Under the pieces are notes generated by a model, which saw nothing but the letters and a program-made list of their open reading frames with translations, was not told the DNA's origin and did not search any database. A stretch of DNA of 64,000 bases from Octopus vulgaris (Eukaryota). How positions within the stretch are numbered: position 1 is the stretch's first letter; each line of letters opens with the position of its first letter. A program made the position numbers and the translations under genes. The stretch spans positions 60,202,001 through 60,266,000 of the forward strand of contig OX597815.1 in the NCBI GenBank assembly GCA_951406725.2. Reading direction: 5' to 3'. Positions 1 to 10,002 of this stretch are shown piece by piece.

Positions 1-484
1 TGACAGTCATGCTTCACAATTTTTGACTTTAGCAAGATGATTGATTCTGTGCTATAAATACAGCTGGGAGAGGCTCCAGAGTGCTAGGTTTTGCAAACTG
101 TATTCTGACCAATCAGTGTGTAGTATCACTCAATTACTTAAGCTGATTGGTTGGTTGAGCTGATTGGTTTAGGCATCACGCTTTGTTGGACATGTCAAGA
201 GTCCTGTATCTTGACCCTGGCCGAAGCAGCAATTGTTGAGTTATTTTTAGAAATGTTGTAAATATCCTTTGTCAGAGATTTTTATATTTTTATATTTCAA
301 TTGTCATCATCATCATTGTCAGCACCTTAATTATTGTTGCTAGTGGTGATGGTGGTGGCAATAGAATTTTTAACCCTAAATAAGATAATTTTCCTGCTAT
401 CTTCATCTTGATCACCTTTAGTATTGTTGTTGTTGTTAGTGGTCATGGTCGTAGCAGTGGAAGTAATACCTCTAAGTATTATTA

Positions 485-2791
485 TTATTGCTTATTTAGC
501 TTGGGTTCGAATTTATCAATAAAATTCTTTTCTCTGATTTTCCTCTCGATTTCACTTGGGCTGTGTAATTTGTAGAATGGAAATATTATATATATTTTCC
601 GACCACATGTTGCTAGGTGGTTACTCAAAGGTATCTGACGGACCTCTGGGTCTCTAATCTGTTGCCGGTGTACACGTGAGCGTTCTAATAGTGCGTTTCC
701 CGTCTGACCTACATATATTTCTTCACAATTTGGGCATTTGATGCAGTAAATTAAATTTCTGCTTTTGCAGTTCATATTCGCGTTTGTGAATATTTTCCCG
801 GTTTTTGTGTTTATATATTGACCGGTATGTATGAATTGGCATGTGCCACATCGGCTATCATTGCATTTAGATACCGTGAATGTTTGGTCTTTGTTGCTGA
901 GGTCAAATTTTGCCTTTGTTAGTAATGTTTTCAAGTTTTTAGGCTGTCTTTTACTAAGCACCATAGCTCGATCCTTGATTATGTCTTTTAATTCATTACT
1001 TTGGGCAATGATTGGTAGGTTTGCTTTGGCAATGTTGAAGATATTCTGGTGACATGGGTTGTGTGTCACTATGAATGGTATGACTTGTTCTTGTTTTCCT
1101 CTTCCTTGGGTTGTCCTAAGTTGTTGTATGGCTATTTTTATAGCCCGCTGTATGCCATTTTCTATAAGTAGAGATGGGTATTTTTGTTTGAGCAAAAATT
1201 CTCTTAGTTCTATTAGGCGTTTGTTCCTGATATTTGCATCTTCTACAATAGTACAAATTCTTCTGGCTAGGCAGTATGGGATGTTACGTTTTGTATGTGG
1301 TGGATGGCACGACTTAAAATTTAGGTATTGATGTGTGTCTGTGTGTTTATAGTATATATCTGTGGTGATGGTGGTGTCTTTTTTAATTACCATTATATCC
1401 AAGAATGGTAATTTGGTACTACTTATCTCCTTTGTAAATTGGAGAGATGGGTGTAGGTTGTTCAGGATGATATTGAACTCTTCCAGAGTATTTAGAGATT
1501 CTGTCCAGATTATGAAACAGTCGTCTAGGTATCTCTTCCATGCCTTTTCAATATACTTTCTAAATCCAGTGCCATAGTTTACCCCCACCTCTTGGTAGAG
1601 TTGTTCTTCTAAGTATCCCATTACAGAGTTGGCGTAAACGGGAGCAAACCTCGTTCCCATCGCCGTGCCTCTAATTTGGATGTAATTCTTTCCATTGAAG
1701 AAGAATGTGTTATTTTCTAGAATAAGTTTGACTGTGTCTAATATAAATGGCACTGTGAATCTGCTGGGAATCACTTCTCTATGTTTTTCTAACCAGTATT
1801 TAATCGCCTTTATTCCTAAATCGTGTGGAATATTGGTGTAGAGGCTTACCACATCAAAACTTAGTAAAACTGAATTTGTTTCTGTCGTTTTGGGAAGATG
1901 GGACAGGAAGTCGATGTCATCCCTGATGAAACTTGGTATGTAAGTACATAGTGGTTTCAAAACAATGTCAATTAAATTGCTTAGACGGTGTGTAGGGCAT
2001 GCTGGACCAGCTATAATAGGTCTAAGTTTTAGGTCTTTTGGATGTAATAATTTTATGTTCTCACTTTCTTGTTCTTTTACTGCCTGTTGAATGTTTTTTG
2101 ATTTGTGTATTTTTGGTAAGCCGTAGAAGTTGCTGGGTTTTGGTTCAAAATTGGTGATGTAGTCTTTTTCATTATCCGTAAGTGAGTTGTGGTGTGTTGA
2201 AATCAGGTTGTTGATCTTTTTCATGATGTGGTGGTCTATATTTGCGGGTATTTCACAATAGAAGGTTGTATCCTTCAGTTGGTCTTCAACCAAATCCTTA
2301 TAGTATTCGGTATCCATAATAACAATTGCACCACCTTTATCTGCTTGTTTAATTATTATTGTTTGATCGTTTTGTATACGTTTACATGCAGACATCTCTG
2401 ATTTGCTAATGTTTGGCCTAACATTGGTATTGCGTCTAAGGGGAAATTTAGACAGGATATCAATGTATTGGTCAAGGTAGTTATTTCTTCCTTTTGGTGG
2501 GGTGAAATTTGATTTATTCCTTACTAGGGATTCATCAATCTCATTACTTTTGTTAGCGAAGAATTCTACAAGTCGTAATTTTCGACAGAATTTTTGGATA
2601 TCCTCCTTTAATTCTTGGTGGTTGGCTGTTGGTGTAGGTGTGAATTTCAGTCCTTTTGACAGAAGTTGGATTTCATCATTGTCAAGGTCTCTTTTTGATA
2701 AATTAATTATTTTAGGATCTATACGTTCAGTTGTTTGGGGTATGTTTCCTCTTGGATTTTTTCTTTCTCCGGTGTTTGTTGTCCTGACGTA
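485..2791 (-). CDS. Penelope-like element (Neptune-like) reverse transcriptase + GIY-YIG endonuclease, open frame of about 768 codons
   Basis: The 636-aa ORF has PLE RT motifs (IIIKQADKGGAIVIM, FYGLPKIHK, LRPII, FDVVSLYTNIP, QIRGTAMG, RYLDD, FLD, YYKHT), a Cys-rich linker (CNDSRCGTC) and GIY-YIG (NLIYCIKCPNC..YVGQT..R..H). Manual translation shows the frame stays open 132 codons upstream of the ATG at 2395 and includes the PLE N-terminal motif IINLSKRDLDNDEIQLLSKGLKFTPTP. Confidence 0.95.
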   Translation of the reverse strand, partial: YVRTTNTGERKNPRGNIPQTTERIDPKIINLSKRDLDNDEIQLLSKGLKFTPTPTANHQELKEDIQKFCRKLRLVEFFANKSNEIDESLVRNKSNFTPPKGRNNYLDQYIDILSKFPLRRNTNVRPNISKSEMSACKRIQNDQTIIIKQADKGGAIVIMDTEYYKDLVEDQLKDTTFYCEIPANIDHHIMKKINNLISTHHNSLTDNEKDYITNFEPKPSNFYGLPKIHKSKNIQQAVKEQESENIKLLHPKDLKLRPIIAGPACPTHRLSNLIDIVLKPLCTYIPSFIRDDIDFLSHLPKTTETNSVLLSFDVVSLYTNIPHDLGIKAIKYWLEKHREVIPSRFTVPFILDTVKLILENNTFFFNGKNYIQIRGTAMGTRFAPVYANSVMGYLEEQLYQEVGVNYGTGFRKYIEKAWKRYLDDCFIIWTESLNTLEEFNIILNNLHPSLQFTKEISSTKLPFLDIMVIKKDTTITTDIYYKHTDTHQYLNFKSCHPPHTKRNIPYCLARRICTIVEDANIRNKRLIELREFLLKQKYPSLLIENGIQRAIKIAIQQLRTTQGRGKQEQVIPFIVTHNPCHQNIFNIAKANLPIIAQSNELKDIIKDRAMVLSKRQPKNLKTLLTKAKFDLSNKDQTFTVSKCNDSRCGTCQFIHTGQYINTKTGKIFTNANMNCKSRNLIYCIKCPNCEEIYVGQTGNALLERSRVHRQQIRDPEVRQIPLSNHLATCGRKIYIIFPFYKLHSPSEIERKIREKNFIDKFEPKLNKQ

Positions 2792-3117
2792 AAAAAATGG
2801 ATTTTTTTCTGGTTATGATTTATATTCCTGTTGATGTTTGCTTGATGAATTTTGCGTTTTGGTTGTGGTGCTTTACTTGGTTTCGTTATGTTTTCTGTCT
2901 TGCTTTTGGTATTATGTATGCTACTTTTCAATTTCTTGTTAACATTGTTTTTAACCACCTGGAGAAATGATCTGGGTTTACTTCTAGATCTAGATCGGTT
3001 TTTTGTCCAGTTTCTTGTGGGTAATCTCTGTTGAGGTCTTGAAAATGATCTCCTGTTATTTCTACTGCTAATGGTCTGTTCAAAACAATATCTATTTTGT
3101 TTGTGCTTTTTGTTCAT
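2719..3117 (-). CDS. Upstream basic, SR-rich ORF of the PLE, overlapping the RT frame and probably 5'-truncated at (TA)n
   Basis: 132-aa K/R/S/N-rich ORF (RSRSRSKPRS) overlapping the RT frame by about 75 nt. The RT frame is -1 relative to it. The uORF frame is open back to the (TA)n junction near 3137. Confidence 0.6.
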   Translation of the reverse strand: MNKKHKQNRYCFEQTISSRNNRRSFSRPQQRLPTRNWTKNRSRSRSKPRSFLQVVKNNVNKKLKSSIHNTKSKTENITKPSKAPQPKRKIHQANINRNINHNQKKIHFFTSGQQTPEKEKIQEETYPKQLNV

Positions 3118-3135
3118 GTTGTGTGCATTAGGGTG

Positions 3136-3169
<34 letters not shown>

Positions 3170-3171
<2 letters not shown>

Positions 3172-3342
3172 GTAAAAAAATACAAATTGGGACAAGAACG
3201 CAAAACATTTAGAAGACGATACGATAAACACGGACGGGACATTCAAAACATTCAATCTTCAGTCAAGAACCGGATCATCCTCGCAATTTCGGCTGATTAA
3301 TCTTGAGATCGCTCCGATCCGGCCAGCCCCAAGGAAAAACAC
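3170..3342 (-). repeat. pLTR-like non-coding repeat between (TA)n tracts, related to 35990-37235
   Basis: Shares blocks (ggacgggacattc, cagtcaa, tttcggc..cttgaga..gccccaa) with the copies at about 36070-36180 and 36960-37070. Carries GAAA and CTGAAGA words on the minus strand. Confidence 0.5.
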
Positions 3343-3383
3343 ACATATATATATATATATATATATAAAATATATATATATAT

Positions 3384-3451
<68 letters not shown>

Positions 3452-3530
3452 CAATTGCAGCGTGGAAGGTGTTTATAAGCCATTTAAAAACACACAAAAC
3501 TGTTAGATTCACTTCAACATTAAAATTTAA

Positions 3531-3582
3531 TTTGTCAAAATATTTTCATTGCTTTGAACCTGCGACCTGTTCACTGACAAAA
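3531..3582 (-). ncRNA. Minimal type-I hammerhead ribozyme, G3-C8 core variant (stem II partly decayed)
   Basis: Revcomp reads TTTGTCA-GTGAACA-G-GTCGC..GCAAT-GAA-AATATT-T-TGACAAA. Confidence 0.55.
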
Positions 3583-3620
3583 TTCCGTGCTGCATTTGAG
3601 AAAGTAACAGTTAGTTCAGG

Positions 3621-3651
<31 letters not shown>

Positions 3652-3769
3652 TGTATGTATGTATGTATGTATGTATGCATGTATGTATGTATGTATGTAT
3701 GTATGTATGTATGTATGTATGTATGTATGTATGTATGTATGTATGTATGTATGCATGTATGTGTGCATG

Positions 3770-3800
<31 letters not shown>

Positions 3801-4190
3801 GTATGTATGTATGTGTGCATGTATGTATGTATGTATGTATGTATGTATGTATGTATTATGTATGTGTGCATGTATGTGCGTATGCATATGTATACATGCG
3901 TATGCATGCATACACGCATTTATGTATTATGTACTTATGTATGTATGTATGTGAGTATTTAGGTATGTAAGTATGTAGGCGTGTTTGTGGGTGTGTGTGT
4001 GTGTATATGTGTATGCACGTGCGAACGTATGTTTATGTACTGTGTGTCTGAACAACTTGAACAGATACACAGAATGTATGTATGTAATACATACATACAA
4101 ACTTACATGTACACATACAAACGTACGTAATACATACATGCATGCATACATACATACATACATACATACATACATACATACATACATACA

Positions 4191-4221
<31 letters not shown>

Positions 4222-4256
4222 CATGAACTATTACTTTTTCAGATGCAGCACGGAAT

Positions 4257-4307
4257 TTTGTCAGTGAACAGGTCACGGTTTCAAAGCGACGAAAATATTT
4301 TGACAAA
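4257..4307 (+). ncRNA. Minimal type-I hammerhead ribozyme, G3-C8 core variant
   Basis: Stem I TTTGTCA/TGACAAA; core GTGAACA (C3G/G8C swap of CUGANGA); stem II GTC(A)C/GCGAC; GAAA; palindromic stem III AATATT; cleavage triplet UUU. Confidence 0.65.
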
Positions 4308-4508
4308 TTAAATTTTAATGTTGAAGTGAATCTAACGATTTTGTGTGTTTTTAGATGGTTTCTAAACACCTCCCACGTTGCAATTGTTTTTGTTTCAGCA
4401 CATGATCTCAGATCAGGTCACTTACTATGCAAGTACATCTCCGTAATATATATACATATACAGTTCGTGCATAATCCTTAATTTATACATACATATATAC
4501 ATACACAT

Positions 4509-4562
<54 letters not shown>

Positions 4563-4594
4563 ATGTGTATGTATATATGTGTGTATATAAATAT

Positions 4595-4772
4595 ATCACC
4601 GTGATCACCGTGACCGACCAGGCTATCAGATATTGCTACACATCGCTGGTCACAATGCGCTTCGCATTGTTTTAGCCTTCAAATGACGCCCCCTCTCTGG
4701 CTGAGCGAGCAGTTCAACAGAAGAAAGAGTGAGAGAAAGTTGTGGCGAAAGAGTACAGCAGGGATCGCCACC
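4595..4772 (-). mobile_element. tRNA-derived SINE, 3' part (same family as 52452-52749)
   Basis: Near-identical to 52452-52630 (caccgtgatcac..gaccgaccaggctatcagat..gagaaagttgtggcgaaagagtacagc). Confidence 0.85.
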
Positions 4773-7386
4773 AGTCTTTGCTTGATCGGATTGTCTGCCA
4801 TTAAATTGGCACCGGGCTAACCCGGTGAGGAGGGTTGCTGGAAACCCAGCAGAATCAAAAACAAGATCTGTTGAAATGCCAGATGAACCTATGCAGGCTC
4901 AACGGCAATCTTGCAGTATCACGGGTACACTGAAATTCCGAGATGGTGCCCAGGGTGCTAAAAGACCGCTGGGAGTGAGCACCTCTCAGCTTCTGTTGAA
5001 GCATATCTCTCGGAATGGCATTTGACATTTTGGGGATCTTTGGTTTGTGCTAGAGATCATGGCGCTCCTACAGTTCTGAACCTGCGACTCATATTGGCAC
5101 TAGACACCTCACTCTGGCTTGTCTCTGGATAATGTCAATAGAGTGGGGGGGGGGGGGCTTATTGGACCTAAAACTCTGCACAGGCATTGTTGACCTCTGC
5201 TCGATATGTGCTGCTTTTTTTCTCTCTATATATATTTTTTATTTTCAGTGTATATGTCTTTTTATTTTTAGCATATATTTATTTCATTTTTATTTAGAAG
5301 CCCTGCGGCAACTGGAAAGGTGGCGAAACATGCAGACCTGACGGGTTGGATACAAGTAGTCTGCGACCTACACGCAGGCAGCCAATACTAGATATAAAGT
5401 CGTCTCCTTGTCACCCAAGACAGCGATAGGATTCGGTTGTTGCTTGGGTATCTGAGCAGCTCCATTTGGAGAGGGCACTGCTCACCCGGAGGTCGGGGAG
5501 GTTCTCGAAAAGGTGAACCAAAAATTGTCTTCTTTCTGTATCTGGTCAGTTAAGCGCGACTGATGGATGTCAAAGATTTTTTTTTTACAAAATCTGGATG
5601 GAACTTGAACATTTCATGTTGAAATATGCGCACTCTGTTGGATAACAAGAGTGATTGTTGACTGAAAGATGTACTGCACTTGTTACTCGCGAGCTGAACC
5701 GCTATAACATTGATATAGCTGCACTTCCAGAGACGCATACAGAAGGTGATGATCAGCTTTAGGAAGTAGGAGGTGGATACATTTTGTTTTGGAAAGGAAG
5801 CAGCGTAGAGAGGCTGTTGTTGAATTTTCAGTTCGATCTGATATCCTTAAGAAGTTGCAGGAGCTCTACGATTACACCTGAAAGATGGGGAGGTTTGATA
5901 TTCTAATAAGTGCCTATGCTCCTACTTTGACAAGTTGTGATGAAGGTAAAACTATTTTTTATACCCAGCTGAGAGCCATACTTAAGAAAATCCCCAATTC
6001 TGACAAAAAATACTACTAGGGGATTTTAATGCCATGGTTGGAATAGACTGGCAAACATGGAACTTTCTAGAACGTTTTGGTGTAGGGAAAATGAATAGCA
6101 ATGGCCTCATGCTGCTGGAGCTTTGCAATGAACATGGACTTTACATCGCAAACGCTCATCTTATGCACAAAAGTAATCACACAACAACTTGAGTGCACCC
6201 AAGGTCTAAAGTTTGGCACTTGCTGGATTATGTCAGCATTCGCAAGCCTGACTTCTATGACATTTGTAATGTCAAGTTCTTTCATAGATTGGAATTCTTG
6301 ATAGGCCACAGTCTGGTGCGAGCAAAGTTCGGGATGAGGATTGGCATTCCTGAGCGTCTGAATGTCCACAAGATATATTATTCTGTGCTGGGGACAGAGC
6401 TTCGACATACAATATGGGAAGATTTTCGAGATCAGGTTCTTCAATGTGCTGCTGAAACATTAGGATATGGTACTGCCAATCACCGAGACTAGTTTGACGA
6501 AAATGATGCTGAAGTTCGGTGACTATTGGTTGTAAAGCATCATGCTCACAATGTATTGCTGCATAGAGGACTTTCAGCTGTGCAGTGAAATCTAGCACTA
6601 CCCACTATAGCAGTGTAAAATCACTACTGCAGCGATCTCTCAGGAAAATGCAGAATCCCTGGTGGGATGATCTTGCTCGTGATGTTCAGGCTGCTGCTGA
6701 TGCAAGTGACAGCAAGAAGCTTTACCATCCTATGAAACAAGTTTATGGGTCTAAGAGCTCTACATCAGCTCCTTTGCTTTCCAAGGAGTCTTCTACTCTA
6801 TTTACTAATTGAACAAAATCACAGGTTGCTGAATCGAACACTTCTCTGAACTCTTGAACCATGAGTCAGTTGTGGATGAAACAGTGATCGATATTATGCA
6901 ACAAAGACCTATCATTGGCTCCTTAAATTTCATGTCCTCAATAGATGAGGTAATGAAAGCAATAAGTAAATTGAATCTTGGTAGGGCGCCTGGAAGCGAT
7001 GGAATTTGTGCTGAGGTGTTGCGATTTGGTGGTGATTACATCATACAACCCTTTCATGAACTTATTAGTGTAGTCTGGAGGGATGATGCAATGCCTAAGG
7101 ACTGGAAGGATGCAATTATTCTTCCTCTCTATAACAGAAAAGGAGCCAGAACAATGTGTGGTAACTACTGAAATATTGCTCTACTTTCAACTGCTGGCAA
7201 GGTCCTGGCAAATATTCTTCTTAGCCGCCTGAATAGGTGTCTCGTTAATGATGCCCTATCTGTATGTGGTTTCTGATCTGGTTGAGGGACAATGGATATG
7301 ATTTTCACAGCAAGGCAGATGCAGAAGTGCTATGAGCATAATATGGATCTTCCTCAGTCATGAATGGACGGCCATCATCATCATCA
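4773..7386 (+). mobile_element. RTE-clade LINE, decayed and internally deleted (5' UTR, APE endonuclease, N-terminal half of RT, 3' tail)
   Basis: Frameshifted APE motifs (WN.RTLLD, ELNRYNIDIAAL.ET, SAYAPT, LLGDFNA.VG, HPRSKVWHLLDY). RT N-terminus (APGSDGI.AE, P.DWKDA.I.PLY.RKG....CGNY, T.DMIFTARQ.Q). The sequence then jumps to an RTE-like tail ..gaatggacggcc(atc)n. Confidence 0.85.
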
Positions 7387-7510
7387 TACATACATACATA
7401 CATACATAATACATTCATACATACATACATACATACATACATAATACATTCATACATACATACATACATACATACATACATACATACATACATACATACA
7501 CACATACATA

Positions 7511-8083
7511 CATACATACATACATACATACATGGTGGCTGCCCCCTCGTTATCGAATATGACCATTGCACGAAGCTTAATCAATGTTGTTATCACGCAA
7601 TGCCTGTGCAAGAAGATTTTTTTTAAGTGAGGAAAGGCTGTGCACTGATTCAATCCTACTCACTAAGCAACAGCAGCCATAATCCGAAAAGAAGAACAAG
7701 TCAACATCATCGGTAACCACTGAGCCGCAGGTTTTATGTCGGAGTTATCCCAGTTACCTGAGTTACATTCTCCTAGAAGGATGCCCTAACAAAGGCTAGG
7801 AGTCCTTCACTCCCAATGGTTTAAACGTGCGATCGGGTATTCAGTCCGATTATTTCTGTTCCCGCGCATGATACATCCTTAAGACATTTATTGGATGGCC
7901 GTTGACTCTCAAGAGTTCCTCCGCCCTTTGACAGGTTTTGTTTTTCATCCCGCAGGGTGTCCAATAAACACCCTCCTCACCAAGCAAGCTTGGTGGGGTT
8001 GCCGGTTTAGTCGCCGACGACCCGACCATGCAACAGGTTGTACTGGGCTACATGTTACCAGTAGCACTCGAAAGTGACCTGAC
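7511..8083 (-). mobile_element. Short non-autonomous RTE derivative or SINE (RTE-like 5' UTR plus 3' tail) in (CATA)n
   Basis: Revcomp of 7890-8030 aligns by eye with the RTE 5' UTR at 4790-4910. Ends ..GGTCATATTCGATAACGAGGGGGCAGCCACC followed by (ATGT)n. Confidence 0.65.
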
Positions 8084-8204
8084 ATACATACATACATGCA
8101 TACATACATACATACATACATACATACATACATACATACATACATACATACATACATAAACACACACACACATATGTATGTATGTAGTATTTATGTATAT
8201 ATAT

Positions 8205-8650
8205 GAGGAGAAAATGGAATTCACAAAACTCTTTATTCACTGCGATCGTTTCGACCCTTGTGCACCGGTACTTCACAGTTGAGATGGTCTGCAAACAATT
8301 GCGGTGTACCATCTTTGTAGATATCTCACCTCAAGTGAATTATCAAAATGTAGCTCGTTTTTATTTGTATAACAATCCATTTTATTTTTTTTATTTGTAT
8401 AACAATTCATTTTATTAGTTGTAGCGTGCTGCGTGTCTATACAAGGAACTGTAGACGCTTAGCACACTACAACAGATAAAATGGGTTGATATAAAAATAA
8501 ATGGAACGACTAAAAAAAAGCGAAGTACATTTTGACAAGTCACCTGGGGAGACATCTGCACCACAATTATTTATACAGCTTGTACCGGTGCACGATGGAT
8601 CGAAACGATCGCAGTGAATAGAAATTCATTAAATTCCATTTTCCGTCTCT
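8205..8650. mobile_element. Inverted-repeat non-coding element with two decayed HHRs (about 8232-8342 minus, 8538-8622 plus)
   Basis: Both arms carry GTACCGGTGCAC..TCGAAACGATCGCAGTGAATA. The cores are degraded (TCAC-CTGGGGA, TTCAC-TTGAGGT) with stem I TTCAC/GTGAA. Confidence 0.55.
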
Positions 8651-8805
8651 TAATATTGTATAAACTCTACGAACACAAAGGAATTCCCGAAGTAAATCCA
8701 GTAGCATATATCTCCATACAGTTGGCATCACATAGCTGAATACCGTAAACATTAGACGGCATAATACAAGGTGTATACCCGAATATAAAATCATTACCTA
8801 TGTGT

Positions 8806-8853
<48 letters not shown>

Positions 8854-9542
8854 ACACACTCATTTCAGGAATTCAGAAAGTTTTCTTTTATTATTTACTC
8901 AGTATTTTACGTGTTTCATTAGCTAATAGGACTTAGAAAGTTGTATGTTTAGTAGAAACATGTTATGATATCTCCAGTTAGATATTCTTCAGATGGAGAA
9001 TCAAATGATATTTCATTCTCTATCTGATGAATATGTTACATGTTTTCTATTACATGTACAATTTAATAACTCCTATTAACAAATGGAACACGTGTAATAA
9101 TGGATATATAATAGCCCTAAATTTTCGAATCTCCTGTTTTGATAATATTATGTTCCCCAAACTATTTTCCAGTATTTCCAACTCTTATGCATACCTCACA
9201 CATATATAACATTGTTATTGTTGTAGGAAGAATTCAGCAGCTATGGTAACGGAAGTGGTAGTCTTTTGTGTAGTTGTGTGATTGTGCACATGTGCGCAGA
9301 TGGGATGGTCAGTTGTAGGGTGTTTGAGAGGCAGACTGAAGTGTATGTATGTATGTGCATGTATGTGCGAGCGTGTATGTGTGTGGGGTGTGTGCATGCG
9401 TGTATGTATGCGTGAGTGTGTGCGTCTATGTGTGTGCGTGCGTGCGTGTATGTGCGTGTGTATGCGTGTGTGTGCTTGTGTGCGCGTCCATGTGTGTTTG
9501 TGTTGGCCTGGTTTTATTATTATTATTACTATTATTATTATT

Positions 9543-9682
9543 ATTCTATGTTTGACTTTTACTTTATGTCTGTACAAGTTGGCTCCAAGTCTCACCCAGA
9601 GACCTCAAGAGACAACAGGTTGGAAGTTCTGTGCCATATATTTGGGGGGTTTTTTTTTGGTGTTGTACTAGTGAATGTCTAA
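9543..9682 (-). mobile_element. R4/Dong LINE family A, 3' UTR fragment in (TAA)n
   Basis: Matches 10003-10157 and the revcomp of 21605-21722. Confidence 0.75.
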
Positions 9683-10002
9683 TACATAAAAAAAAAGTGC
9701 AAGCCGGATTTTACCAAACATGAAAACAATTGATAAAATCCGGCTTGCACTTAAGGATATAATTTCAGCTAATGATGTTGATATCACAAACCTCAACCAC
9801 CTATACTAGGCATCCGCGAAAATCTCAATCGGACCCGCAGAGGACAAGGATTCTGGATTATTTCCCCCCTTTTTTGTTTTTTTATTTTATTTTTGAAAGC
9901 GGTCGGTTTCATTTTTAGGATTCTCGTTTGTGAGAGCAGTTGAGTTTATTTCATATATTCTCATTTTAAATAGCATCCCCTTCTATATTATTATTATTAT
10001 TA

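Larger units (their letters stand above)
3448..4447. mobile_element. Non-coding fold-back element: about 170-bp inverted arms (3450-3623 / 4221-4387), each carrying an HHR, around (TATG)n/(CATA)n
   Basis: The arms are reverse complements (e.g. ttagattcacttcaacattaaaatttaatttgtcaaaatatttt / aaaatattttgacaaattaaattttaatgttgaagtgaatctaa). The microsatellite switches polarity inside the spacer. Confidence 0.75.

Noticed and set aside
4800-4840. Twister ribozyme in the RTE 5' UTR (CCCGG..AGGAGGGTTG resemblance)
   Set aside because: It lacks the conserved GUCCCAAGC loop and the pseudoknot partners. Kept only as an unclassified structure.
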